Assembly (NCBI GenBank): GCA_964016885.1
Contig: OZ024750.1
Coordinates: 24,056,001 to 24,120,000 of the forward strand
Direction: 5' to 3'
Length of the DNA: 64,000 nt
Source of the DNA: Eledone cirrhosa
Lineage: Eukaryota
How positions within the stretch are numbered: position 1 is the first letter of the stretch; every line of letters starts with the position of its first letter. The notes under the pieces are model-generated. The model was not told the origin of the DNA and did no database searches. It saw only the letters and a program-made list of their open reading frames with translations. Positions 51,415 to 64,000 of this stretch are shown here, in pieces. The translations under genes and the position numbers were made by a program.

Positions 51415-53309
51415 TTAAATTATGCGTGTTAAATTTCCAGTAGCAGCTGAATTTTCAGAAACTACACTTTTCATCCAATGTTACTTTAATACTTTTTGCA
51501 TGTAATTAACTTAACTAATAATAATTTGCCAAGTAGGAAGTCTTTTACTTCCTCTTGTGCATCTTTGTGGTAATGTTGATGCACAACATAACTTCAGTAT
51601 TGGCAGTGTTGATATTAAACTCAGTTGTATTTGAATAGTAGTTCTTTTACTATGTTAATCTTTTGTGTAATTAGCTGTGTTAAAGAGATAGCCTTGCCAG
51701 ATCATCTACAAAGCTTGCTTCATCTAACTGGAGTTAGAAAATCTATTAGATGACTCCTAGTGTATAGAGAAATGAACACTTCCTTCCATACACCTAATCC
51801 AGAAAAAATGAATCAGGGCTAATTAGCATGGGCCTAAGATTTTGAGGAGACTTACTCCTCTGATTTTTATAAATCGTTCTAGTTCTTTTATTCTGTTCTG
51901 TTGTATTTAACAATGATTACTAAAAGGTTTAATAGGTAATTTGAAATGAAAGCTACATTTCAGAATTGGCTTTGGCTTATTTCCAGTTGAAATGGAGCCT
52001 ATTACTGGACTTAATTGAAAATCACTCTGAGATGATATTGTTCAATAAATATCATAATTGACATCATTATCAATATTTTACATCTACTCTGGCATGAGTT
52101 TAGTGTGTCATCACAGTTTCTGTCAGTTCTTATCTAAATTTCTTGCTCTCCTAGAAAGGTCAAAGAACCACATCTCACCCATATGTTCCCTTAGTAAGTC
52201 AGTGATGACAGAACTCCTTGTCAATATTCTGAGGTAAAATATTGAGCCATAAATAATTTCTATTCTATAGTGTAGCTATTTATCATGATTTTCATTCCAC
52301 ACAAAAATATGATTATTACATAATTACTTTGCTTCTATTTTTGTCAATATTATATTTCACCATTAATGTTTTTCATTAAGGATCTTAACAAATATTTCAG
52401 CTAATATATTGATCCTTACATGAGATCTTTTCAAATAAAAACATCTTATGTATTCAATCATTTTTCTGTAATTCATCATCACCATCATCACCGCTTAACA
52501 TAAATTTTCTATGCTTGCTTGGGTTAAGTGAGTTGTCGTGTTATGAGTTTAGCCAAGTCACATGACCATAGCTTGCTCATACAGATCTGTTTTTAGCTTG
52601 ATTTTTTTTTGTCATAGTACCAGCACAACTACATTACAGGGTGGACTGAGTGGTTTTCATCATGGCACCAGTTTCATAATTTTATTGGTACACGAATCCA
52701 TTAATATCTACTGCTATAGTAGGCCCACTTGTTGTTGCTTGATTATACAATTATGCAGAAGAACTAACAGTAACATCTGCAAACTTATAAGACATCTACT
52801 GTGGTCCATCTTCAATCAGTAGAACTTTAGAACTATAGATTGTTTATCTTTATATGTGTCCCAATAGAAAACTACATAACATGTTATAAATTAGGTATTT
52901 ATACACTGATATTTTTATATGCCCTTTTTATGAACCTCTTCTTTGCGGCCAGCAAGAATTAAAAAGAAAAATTGTCATTGTTATTTTGATTTTACTTAGA
53001 AATAAATAGTTACAGCAAACCGTATGAGAAGAAAAAATTCCATTAAGGTATTGACCTGACCTTTGAGGATTTTTATTCTTATTTTCAAGGATAAGAAATG
53101 TAATGCTGGGGTGACTGGAGGTACTACTTCTCTTGGTCACTGCTGATCTTTTAGAAATGTCATTAAAGAACTAAAATATTTTGTTTTCAAATTCCTAGAA
53201 GTTGTAATGGGACTATAAGAAGCCATTATGTTGCATGTTTTTCATATTCAGTTAATCTTTCTATTACATAAATTAGGTATTTTAACCTGGGTGAAATGAC
53301 ACCACCCCA

Positions 53310-53770
53310 CCCTTGTAGGGTAAAGAAGGCTCTTCAATTGGGGCCAACAACCTCTCTAGTGCTGGTGCCACGAAAAATGCACCCAGTACAACCTATAAGG
53401 TGGTTGGTGATAAGACATCCCGTTGTAGAAACCACAGCAAAAAAGGGTCGAGAGGACTCCTCAGTTGTGTCAAGAATACAAAAACCTCTCTAGTATTGGT
53501 GATCTACATGATAAACATACTCAGTACACTCTGTAAATTGGTTGGTGATAGGAAGGGCATCCAACCATAGAAAACCTGCCAAACAAAGGATCAAGAGGAC
53601 TCTTCAGCTGTGTCAAAGACATAACTCTCATAGTGCTGTTGCCATGATAGAATGTGGGAATATACGTAGGCGAGATGCAGGGTCCCTGGCTTTGAGTACC
53701 AACCCAGTCTGTTGATGATTCATCCAACCCCTGCTACCAACAGGTGTTAAATGATGATGATGATGATGAT
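53310..53770 (+). mobile_element. SINE family 2-related repeat with an internal duplication
   Basis: gttggtgataggaagggcatcc core occurs twice; (GAT)n tail. Confidence 0.7.
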
Positions 53771-54094
53771 TGACCATCAATATATCAGAAAAAGTTGATT
53801 AAAGAGGAAAAGGTTGTGAAAAATATTTTTAGTTTAGTGAAAATTACTTTAGTGAGTTAAATTTTCTACTAATCTTCTATACTAGCTGCTCTAAGAGTTT
53901 GGTTTTGGATTCTTAAAATATACTTGAAGAATAATTGTTAGAAAAGAATTCTCCATGGCTATAGAAAAATTGTCATTTGACATTATTTTCATAAAAATAA
54001 ATTGCTTTTATGTGTTTAAGTTATATTTTTTTTACTAATGTTTACATATTGTTTTCTTTCACATTTTATATCCCGTTTATGTAACTATAATATA

Positions 54095-54253
54095 CAGTGA
54101 AATTCCATTATAACAAAATTCATGAGGTTTAAAAAAAATTCATTGTAACGAAAAATTCTTCTTAACGGATCAACCGAAACACATCGAGCCTATGGCTGGG
54201 GATTGAAAAAATTTCGTTACACTGAAAAATTTGTTATAATGGAATTTTACCTG
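54095..54253 (+). mobile_element. Tc1/pogo (Tigger-like) MITE
   Basis: TA|CAGTGAAATTCCATTATAAC...GTTATAATGGAATTTTACCTG|TA. Confidence 0.82.
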
Positions 54254-54517
54254 TAACTGTTTCATATGACTATTTAGAATACAAACAATTGTTGGTAAGT
54301 CTGACAAATGTTTTTGATGAACAAAAGTTTGTAGGTTATTTGAACTGTAAACATTTTGCATTCAAATGTATTCAAATGTATTCAAATGTATACAATATTT
54401 TTTCATAGACCATTAAATTATAGTTGTTAGTAAGATTTTATTATTACATTTTATGTAATGTTGATAGGATTACAGCTTGTTAAAAATACAACACTATAGA
54501 TATTTCATATACACAGT

Positions 54518-54698
54518 TCCACACTGTAAACGTGGTTGGTGTTAGGAAGGGCATCCAGCTGGAAAAAGAAACTCAGCCAAAATACAGTTCTGTTTGAGCA
54601 AGTTACAGCACAGCCAATTGGCCAGACTTATCTCATAATGTGGATGACCCATCTAACCCATGCAAGCATGGAAAAATAGACATAAAACGGTGATGATT
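54518..54698 (+). mobile_element. SINE family 2 fragment
   Basis: Core and tail. Confidence 0.78.
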
Positions 54699-56597
54699 AT
54701 AGATTGAGTAGATGTGTCAGTTTTATGATTTTATATTTGTATCATCCATCAACTTTTAAACCTTTGCAATTATTACAAGAATATAAGAATTGATTCAATA
54801 TAAGAATATATTTCTAGCCATGGACTAAAATCATTGTGGGAGTTACTCTCTGTAAAGAGAATGTTTTCCAATGACCAAAAGTTTACAATTTACACCCAGT
54901 TGTCTTGGGACATTATCTCAAAATTTGGATGCTTCTTTAAGCAAATATTTCTCTCTAGGGGCTTAACCCTAGAATTAGGTGAAAACTAGAAATATATTCT
55001 TATGCTGAATTTATGGTTGATTTATTAATTTTAAATGATGCTGAACTTATGTATTTTACTTATATTTATAATTGATCTTAACTGTAATTTCTGTAGATAT
55101 TTCAATTAAAATTAGGTGATTATATTTATGCAAAGCAATTAATTTGTAGATTAAAAGCAATTATGAATTTCCTTCTTTTTAATTTTTTTTTTTATTACTA
55201 TTGATTTAAATGCAGTCAATGACTCCTATATGCTTTTCTCTTAGCAATGTTCTTTTTGGTAATTGATTGACTTATTTACTATCTTCTGTGAAGAAATCAG
55301 TTTGTTTGCATGGTTATATTCAGTTAATTTGATTTGTATGGCCTGTGACTGAATTGTCATTAATACTGACAAATCTAGTCAGAAGGTTTTGCTGTTGTCA
55401 TTTTATTTTTTATCTCTTTGTGTATTTGTATAGTAGAGTAGTAGTACATGTGTTAAAATAAATATACATGTGTTATAATGAATAGCATATATATATATTG
55501 CATCATGCAGAGCATTATTGTGTGTATAGCTTAACTAAAGCTATAATCATGTATATTTTATTATTAATGGTTGATATCTATTTGAATTTTCAATTTCATT
55601 GAACTGAAAATTCCAGAACTATTTTGTAATATACTTATTGAAGTATATTTCCTATTATTTTGCATGCTTGTAAAGTTCTTGTGAACATAGCATTTAAATA
55701 ATGGGGATAGGGCAGGGACATTTCTGTTTGAATATATAATTTCATGACACTTTGTAGATTCTTAAAAATGTTCAGTAGAAAAATATGCATATCTTGAAGT
55801 AGAAAGAGCATATATAATTTCATTTCATGAAAAATAAACTATCATGATATATATGATGGATAAACCGAAGAGGATTGATAATTGGTGGTCAGATTAGGCC
55901 AATGACATCTTGGTGCAAAGTAATTAACAACAATATGGGTTAAGACCTATAAGAAGAAAGTAGCATGGATTGTTTATTTAAAGAGCAGAGCAGGTTTCTT
56001 CAGAACACAACCCATGTTCAGTTAATTGATATAGTTAATATTTCTCACTTGCAATGACAACTTTAGGTAAAGAAAACTTTTTAAGAACTGGAGAAGCTTG
56101 GAAAAATTACCCCACAAAGTGAGGCCTGGAAGGAAATTGCAAACAACATCATGTGGTGCTGTAGTCAATGTCTGTCCCAAGCCCAGAGGCTCATTAGGCC
56201 AGTGTTTATCCTGATTTCATTGGCATTTAAGTAACTGAGAGTATAAGACTCCCTTCTCTGAGACAGACACCAGGCTTCTGCTGCTTGTGCTTGTTTTCAA
56301 CTGAGTTGATTGAAGCAGTGTGATATGAAGTGTTTTGCTCAAGAACACAATGCACCACTCAGTCCAATAATTGAACCCACAACATTACGATAATAAGCCC
56401 AACACCCTACCCACTAAGCTTGGCACCTTCATTGTTGCTGTAGGACTAATATTAATTTCTAACTTTTGCACAGGACCAAAAAATTGAAGAAGCAGAGAGT
56501 CAATTGGACTGATGATTATAGGCAAGAGATATTGATTTGAACGAATCAATTCAAATGCAATACTGGTATATATTCTAGGTCAAACTTATTACTTTAA

Positions 56598-56797
56598 CCA
56601 TTTAGCATTTAAACCGGCCATATCTGGCCAGAATTCTCTCATCTCCTTCTGTTCAAACTGACCACTCTTATCAATGTTCAGGTTGTTCTCAAAATAAAAA
56701 TCTCATAGCTTCGCTACTATGTGAAATAATTATGCGAGAAAAAACCTTTACTGCAAAAAGACAATAGTAAATATAGAGTAATGTAAATGCTAAAGAG
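56598..56797 (+). mobile_element. piggyBac-type MITE family 1 (orientation A)
   Basis: TTAA-flanked, TIRs present. Confidence 0.88.
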
Positions 56798-57162
56798 TTA
56801 AAAGTTGTTGGCATTGTACAAACAGATAATTATGATATCTTTTTTTATCTAGTTGAATATGTTCTGATTCAGTGTTGTTTTGGAAACATGATGCAGGACT
56901 TCAAAACTATGCAGGCATAGAAAAATATTTAATGAATTGAAATTGCTATAAATTAAAATAATCACTCATTATCTAATTATTTATTCAAAATGAAAAAAAA
57001 AATATCAATTTCTGTTTAAGTAGTAGAAATATTTGATTTTTATGTTTCATAATTTTTAAGATTCAAATGCATAAAGTTAGTATCAAGAGGACCAGTGAAG
57101 ATTTCTGTATAAAGTAAATTTAGTATAAGAATCCATTGTTATCAGCTGAGGATCATATAGGG

Positions 57163-57432
57163 CAGAGGTCCCCAACTACCCAGGCCACGGACTGGTACCG
57201 GCCCATGGAACATTTGCTACCGGGTCGCAAAGAAATAATTAACTTTTTAAAAATTATATAATAGATATATTGAATATTAGACTTTAATTTTAAAAAAAGA
57301 TTTGTTTAAATATTCAATATTCATCTACTTTAATAAATCGCTTTTTATTATTGCCCTCTTTATCGAAATGCACTTAAATAACACATATGTGCAACTACTG
57401 GTCCACGGTATAAAAAAGATTCGAGACCACTG
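57163..57432 (+). mobile_element. hAT-type MITE
   Basis: CAGAGGTCCCCAAC...GATTCGAGACCACTG termini; TSD degraded. Confidence 0.78.
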
Positions 57433-58586
57433 ATATTTAATAATCTTTAAAAAAAAATTACAACTGAAACAAACTCTTTAGCCTTCAAACCAGACAACTC
57501 CAACTGTCATAAAGTGACTACTATTTCTTCAACCTGATTTTCTTGAGTATTTTATCAAGTAGCATGAAAACTCTTGTCAAATTTCATAGATAGCATTTTT
57601 CTTGGTTTCATAACTTTGATTATTTATGAGACTCTAACATGAACTATATCTTACATCACAACTATGATAAATTCCTAAGTGTTATGGTGAAATAGTTTAG
57701 TTTCCTCCACTATCTATCATTATAACTGGATTTAATTTCGGGTTTGACTTCACAATTGTTAATGATCACAGATATAATATAACTGCCAGAATTTAGTTAT
57801 TATGAATGATGAACTACTATTGTGTTCTTTCTAAATATACCTGCTAGATGTGCATGCCAATAGGGTGGTCTGATAATTCCATTCCTCTTTGTTATATAAT
57901 TATTTCAAATCCGAAATTGATGTTGCTCTATAATTTTATACTGATCTGATGACACACTGCATGCAAATATCTTTGCTATGCTATTAACTTGGCAAGTAAG
58001 GATTTAATTTTTCATTTCAACATCTATGTAATTCGACTAACTTAATAGTTCTAAATTAATTTGTGTTTGTGTATACGCACACGCATTCAATAAAATATTG
58101 GAATACTCTGTAATTCCAAGTCTAGATCAAATATCAATAGACATTGATTAAATTTCATTAATTGTGTAGGTGTGTTTTTTTTTGGGGGGGGGGGGGTCTT
58201 TGGGGCGCGCATGATGTGTTGCTGTTATATATATATATATTTTTTTTGTTTTGTTTTTTCCTTTCCTTTTGTCTCTGGAACATGTCATTATCTGCACTAG
58301 TTCATATCAATTTGTTTGCTTTATTTTGTATATTTTGTCAATGTCTTAGATTAGTATATATATGACTTTTATATTTGCACCAAATGTTATGGATTGGTTT
58401 ATTCTCTTTTTCTTTTGGTTTCTTTAGTTAGTTCTATCTGTTTATTATTTCAGTTCCCTTGTTTTCTGTTTCTCGTCTTTGCTTATTTTGATCTACTGTG
58501 TCTCCTCTTCTGTCTGGGATTTGTAATTTGATTGATTTTTTAAATACCCTATTGGTTGTTTCCTATTTAAATTGTTTGTGTTCCAG

Positions 58587-58709
58587 ATTTTACACAAGGT
58601 CCACCACACATATTTCATCCTGAACAAGGCCCACCTACTCATCAGGACGGAGCAGCGTTCCAGCCTACCATGTTACAGGCTCCTACCCCTATCCCTTACA
58701 CATTACCAG
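58587..58709 (+). CDS. CASC3: CASC3 exon 9 (Pro/Gln-rich: FTQGPPHIFHPEQGPPTHQDGAAFQPTMLQAPTPIPYTLP)
   Basis: gttccag| acceptor and |gtacga donor; phase 1 to 1; composition fits the Pro-rich CASC3 C-terminus. Confidence 0.82.
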
Positions 58710-59297
58710 GTACGACTCGAGATACTAGCACTGTGTCAGTAGCACTCAGTCTGTATTGGTGTGTTAGTTACTGTTGTAGTTGTCATTGGCAAGAAATGAC
58801 AACTATAGAACAATTTGCTATTGAACAAACAAGAGGAACAGTTGATAATTATTGGTTAGATTTGACCTAAAAAAAAAACTTCTCAAGTAAAGGATAGTTT
58901 ATTTTTGTTAACTAGATTTTTATAGATAATTACAGAGATTTGTTGGTTTTTGATTGATATTCTTATCCCTTTGGTTGATCTTTGAATTTGATGTGTATTT
59001 TAGAACAGTCTGTAGATATGTTTGATAGAAGCATCTTAGGTTGGATTAGTAACACAATTTTTTAATAAAAAAAAAAAACACCTTTTGTTTCATCATTAGT
59101 TCATTCTTTATTGGAAATTTTGTGTTTGTTGGTGTCTTCATTCCTTTTCATATTTTAGGAAATTGAATACTTATTTAATTAAAAGTTTCTTTCCTAGTAT
59201 AAGTCATTTTGATTTCTATTGTGTAAAAATTAGACTTTTACTGGTTAGTACATCATTTCCAAGTTGTCACAACAAATGAAATTTTAGCATTTGTTAA

Positions 59298-59506
59298 CCC
59301 TATAGCATTTAAATCGGCTGTATCTGGCCAGTATTTTCTCACCTCTTTGTTAAAACCGGCTGTAACCGGCTGCTTATGCCAATGTTAAGGTATTGTTCTC
59401 AAAATAAATAATAACATCAACATCTCATAGATTTGATATTATGTGAGATAATTATGAGAGATAAAGCCTTTACCTCAAAAATACAACTAATGTAAATGCT
59501 CAAGGG
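59298..59506 (+). mobile_element. piggyBac-type MITE family 1 (orientation A)
   Basis: TTAA-flanked, TIRs present. Confidence 0.88.
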
Positions 59507-59779
59507 TTAAAGAGTTAGATAATAGTCACATTTATTAGTAACTAAGAAAGTAAAGCATATATCTTGTGACCTTTATTTCTTTATTTTTTAAATTGATACC
59601 CACCCATCCCATATAAATTGTGTTGCATAAACAAATTTGTTAGTTTATGTTTGTTTCTTTTTAATTTTAATGCCATTTTAAGCAAACGTCTTCATTGACT
59701 GAAAATAGAATTGGGAATGATCAAATTTATACTTTGGGAAATGTGAAATTTATTTACTGAATCCTAAGTTATAGGTATA

Positions 59780-59940
59780 GTCAGCAAATTGCAGAATCGT
59801 TAAGACATCGGATAAAATGCTTTATGGTATTCGTCCCACCTCATTGCGCGCTCTGAGTTCAAATCCCGCTATGGTTAACTTTGGCTTTCATCTTTTTGAG
59901 GTCGATAAAAAAAGTACCAGTCCAGTACTGGGGTTGATTC
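59780..59940 (+). mobile_element. SINE family 1-related copy
   Basis: gagttcaaatcccgc..ggttaactttggctttcatc..gtcgataaa. Confidence 0.75.
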
Positions 59941-60632
59941 TTCCTCTGTAGAAAAAACCGTCTGTGTTCAGACCTGGGAAGGGTTGGATTCCGCCAGGTT
60001 TAAAAAGTGTTCTAGACACGCCATATGACTTTTTTTTATATCCTAAGTTATAGGTAGTACTGTGTTTCTTTCACTGATTATTACAATATTTTTTTTTTTT
60101 AAACAATTCAAAAAATGTTGTGCGTTATCTCTTAAATATTTGTTGAGAGGTTGGCTTCTTAATATTATTTTTTTCTTTGTTTATATTGTTTTGTTTCATT
60201 CATATGGCCTCATGACAAAAAATGTTAATCTAGTTTTACTTGATATGTGTCTGATCATTACTAATCTGTATATTACCAATATTTTATATGAGCTCGGTTG
60301 CTTAACACATATATGAGAATTAATATTTACATAAATTTCCTTATAAGTACTAGATTTATATTAACTCAGTTTTTGATTAAAGGGGAAATAACTTTTCTAC
60401 TATTACAACATTGTTCTAATAATTGTTCATTTATTTTCAGGTATATAACTTAGTTTTAATTACTTCTACATTTTGACCATTTTGTAAATTGAGATTTTTA
60501 TCCTTAACCGTTAAAATCTTTTAATAATCCAGCAGAAAAATCTAAAAACAGGTTTTTTTAATTCAAATGTTTATAGTATCTTTACTAGTGGACATATTGT
60601 GGAAATTGACAGTGTTAAAATAAAGACTTTAA

Positions 60633-60740
60633 CCTTTAGCATGCTAGTAATTTTTATGAGTTGTTTCCCTTGGTGCTGCAGTATCTATTAAGGAGAGATT
60701 ACTCATATAGTGCCTTTTGTCGCCCATAGTGTGCTGAAGG
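60633..60740 (+). mobile_element. TTAA-flanked MITE family 2
   Basis: TTAA|CCTTTAGCATGCTA...TAGTGTGCTGAAGG|TTAA. Confidence 0.72.
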
Positions 60741-60986
60741 TTAATTTCTAATTTTGTGTGGTACAGGATGTTAAGAGTTAAATAACAAAATGTTTGTAAC
60801 TCCTCAAGTAAGTTCATTAAAAGTCTAGGTTTTTACTAACTTACAGTTCTGTGTTCAGGATTTCTCAAAATCAAATATTTCTAGAATTAACTTCTATTTT
60901 TCATATCCCACTGTTCAATCTGTAAAGCACTTTGATTAAGTTGATTATACCTTTTATTTTATCAAAGTATATTGTGCTTAGAAGTA

Positions 60987-61179
60987 ATAATTATTTCTAG
61001 TTTTGGCACAAGGCCAGCAATTATCTCAGTACATTACTGGTACTTTATTTTATTGACCCCGTAAGGATGAAAGGCAAAGTTAACCTCGGTGGGATTTGAA
61101 CTCAGATCATAAAGGGAGGTCACGCTATGCTTCAAAGCATGGCGTCCGACCTTCTACCGATACTGCCAATCCACCGCCC
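60987..61179 (-). mobile_element. Full-length SINE family 1
   Basis: Reverse complement of the 29500 copy; flanked by a ttagaagtaataat direct repeat (TSD-like). Confidence 0.9.
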
Positions 61180-61447
61180 TTAGAAGTAATAATGGTTATT
61201 CTTTACAATCATATATAAAGGTTCTTCGTTAATGTGATAAAAGAAACAAACAAAATATGTGTTTGCATGTTTGTATAAATTATGTTATGTTTATAAATGA
61301 TAGGTCTTCTTTGTCTTTCTTCCTTCTCAGGTTGATGTAGTAGATCACAATAACCTGAAGAATAAGGGTTACAGTCCAATGACTGAAACCTGTAAAAGAA
61401 GGTTCCAACATAAAGAATTTTCAAAATTGTAAAATGAAGATCTTTAA

Positions 61448-61651
61448 CCCTTTAGCATTTAAACTTGTCTTATCTGGCCAGAATTCTCTTACCACTTTTG
61501 GTTCAAACAGCTGTAATCAGCCACTCATATTGATATTAAGGTGTTGTTCTCAACATAATTATCAAAATCTCATAGATTCGATATTATGTGAGATAAAGCG
61601 TTTACCATGAAAATATAATAGCATATATAAAGTAATGTAAATGCTAAAGGA
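61448..61651 (+). mobile_element. piggyBac-type MITE family 1 (orientation A)
   Basis: TTAA-flanked, TIRs present. Confidence 0.88.
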
Positions 61652-62552
61652 TTAACACACTTAGCTAACAATACTATTTCCAAAATGTTCTACTTAAGAA
61701 AACTAAGTATGTTTATGTAAAGGTGATATAGCTCAGTAAATAATGTGGTTTATATATCCTTTGACTTTCTGGTCAGAAAACATATGTTGTTATCTAGAAA
61801 TGAATACCAAATTTTATGGAGAAAAGTCAGTAGCACTGATTACCCATTGATAGGTATCTTTGATACAGAAAAGTCAAGCAATTCTATTTAGCTCATTTTT
61901 GTGTATGAAATAAATTGATATTGTTATATTATGTGGAAATTAAATATGAAGATGTTTTTTTTCTCCAAGATTAATCATCATTTTAAATAGATATTGAAAT
62001 GATGGTGATATAAGTGCATTTATTGGGGATTACAGCTGAAAAGTATCAAGACATTTGTTTTATTTATGTATATTTACACGATAAATGTACCCAGTACACT
62101 CTGTAAAGTGATTGTGTGTGTGCGTATGTGTTCATGCGTGCGGAAGGGCATCCAGCTGTACAAAACTTGCCAAAGAAAGAGTTGGAGGACTCTTCAGTTG
62201 TGTGAAAGACTTGACAACCTCCTTAGTGTTGGTTCCACAATAAAATGCACTTAGTAGAGTGTAGAAACATTTTTTGTGAGCATGATGCAAGCCCCTGGCA
62301 TGCCAAAGCACACAGGAACATATGTGAGTGAGATAGGCCCCTGGCCCATCTGAGAGGGCAGTAGTTAATTATTTGAGGGTCAGCAAAGATTCATAACTCA
62401 GTTGAAATATTTTGTTAGATTAAATGTAAATTTTATGTTGTAATCTCTTGTATTTTATTGCCCAATCATTGTGAATCAATATTTTCATAGACTAAATTGT
62501 TTTTACATGTCTTTTGCTGTGTGCAATAGTTTTCATTTTTATGATTGCTTAA

Positions 62553-62757
62553 CCCTTTAACATTTAAACTGGCTGTATCCGGTCAGAATTCTCTCACCTC
62601 TTTCTGTTCAAACTGGCTGTAACCAGCCACTCATACTGATGTTAAGGTATGGTTCTCAAAATAAATATTAAAACCTCATAGGTTCGATATTATGTGAGAT
62701 AAAGCCTTTACCATGAAAATATAATAGTATATATAGAGTAATGTAAATGCTAAAGGG
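62553..62757 (+). mobile_element. piggyBac-type MITE family 1 (orientation A)
   Basis: TTAA-flanked, TIRs present. Confidence 0.9.
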
Positions 62758-63314
62758 TTAAACTAGTTCAAATTTCCTTCTTGTATAAAATGTATGAAAG
62801 TAATTGTCATCTATATTTAACACCATTTTACTAAATTTTGTATAATTTATTAAATTTGTTTGATAATAGAGAATAATGCTAGGGTTTTCATTTGTTTTTT
62901 TCGCTTTTGATATAAAAAGAGAACATCTATTTCAGTCAAACCATCAATTTCTCAATTTTGATAATTATATTTTTTATTTATTGTAATTGTAATTCTCAAA
63001 ATGCCACACGATTTAAAGTTTATTAGAATGTAGTTATTTTGCAGACAATATCTGATTTTCAAACAAAAAAACATTAACAATTCACTTTTTTCATGTAACT
63101 ATTTAGTTTGTTCGTCAGTCTTTTTGTTGGAGGGAAAAAATATTTTAAGTTGTCTATTACAAAATTACAAAATATTGAGACATTTTCCACTATCGTTTTA
63201 CACTTTTGAACATACTATGCTTACATCCATTTAGGAAATATGTGAAAATCTAGACATTCACATTATATGAAATATACTCTACCTACTGAGACATATTTTA
63301 TTGATAATGGTTAA

Positions 63315-63519
63315 CCCTTTAGAATTTAAACCGAACATATCCGGCCAGAATTTTCTCACCTCTTTCTGTTCAAACTGGCTGTAACTGGCTGCTCATACTT
63401 ATGTTAAGGTATTGTTCTCAAAATAAATATCAAAATCTCGTAGATTTGATATTATGTGAGATAAAGTGTTTACCATGAAAATACAATAGTAAATATAGAG
63501 TAATGTAAATGCTAAATAG
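63315..63519 (+). mobile_element. piggyBac-type MITE family 1 (orientation A)
   Basis: TTAA-flanked, TIRs present. Confidence 0.88.
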
Positions 63520-63821
63520 TTAAACTGCTAGTGGTGTTTGTGCTTATGACTACAATCTGTTGACATGAAAACTCTATCAAAATAGGGATTAAATAATAAA
63601 TACATCCTGAAACAAATAAAATATTGGAATATAACATAAATGATGCAACAGATTTTAAGAATAGATCATACTCCCAGAATCCTGTGTCTCCAATATCAAC
63701 AAAATAGACTATGATGTAACTAGTATTTATGATCTGCCTATTAATTAAAAAAAAATTTTTTTAGAGTGTCTTTAACTAATAATTCATTGCTTATCAGGTT
63801 GAAAAAATATACCATCTTCTC

Positions 63822-63882
63822 TGATAAACTTTGTAGTGCACCTGAGCACTGTACACAATATTTCATTATTATTATTATTATT
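63822..63882 (+). mobile_element. Extreme 3' tip of the CR1/L2-type LINE
   Basis: ttgtagtgcacctgagcactgtacacaata..ttcattattattattatt matches the LINE 3' terminus. Confidence 0.85.
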
Positions 63883-64000
63883 TCAAACTTGGGTATTTTT
63901 TGGTAGGAACCGTGTCCAGGTTTTGTATGCTTATCCCTAGCTATACATATAGTCTTTGTTAAGAAGAAAACAAAAGAAATTGATGGGTGTAAAACAACCA

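Noticed and set aside
55245-55258. Possible 14-nt exon (ctcttag|caatgttctttttg|gtaatt) in intron 8
   Set aside because: Breaks the frame, has a weak donor, and such motifs are expected by chance in AT-rich introns.
60431-60453. Strong-looking acceptor ttattttcag|g as the next CASC3 exon
   Set aside because: In the required phase it stops after two codons; I found no convincing exon 10 in the window.

Overview
AT-rich, repeat-dense eukaryotic DNA. The SINE/LINE/MITE content and (TA)n blocks resemble an octopod cephalopod genome (inference). Two + strand protein-coding loci are visible. The first is the 3' end of an unidentified gene (ORF open from the window edge to TGA at 248). The second is the 5' part of CASC3/MLN51/Barentsz, an exon junction complex subunit, for which I can assemble nine GT-AG exons with consistent phases (25690-25794, 35741-35765, 36420-36469, 38957-39340, 40160-40302, 42264-42428, 43707-45562, 50287-50415, 58587-58709); the gene appears to continue beyond the window. 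This CASC3 carries two coding repeat expansions: (GDEG)x14 and about 37 heptads of RRDHGD(N/S). The rest is transposon-derived: about 21 copies of a ~210 bp TTAA-flanked piggyBac-type MITE, a second TTAA MITE family, hAT and Tc1/pogo MITEs, two short Helitrons, CR1/L2-type and RTE-type LINE fragments, a decayed CRE-like retrotransposon, tRNA-derived SINEs, and large TA microsatellites. I see no clearly new multi-gene system. The best leads are the mixed-charge heptad domain in CASC3, a candidate in-frame/poison microexon with tandem acceptors, inverted MITE pairs bracketing CASC3 exons, and several natural insertion experiments for the MITE. Repeat boundaries were read by eye and may be off by a few bases.
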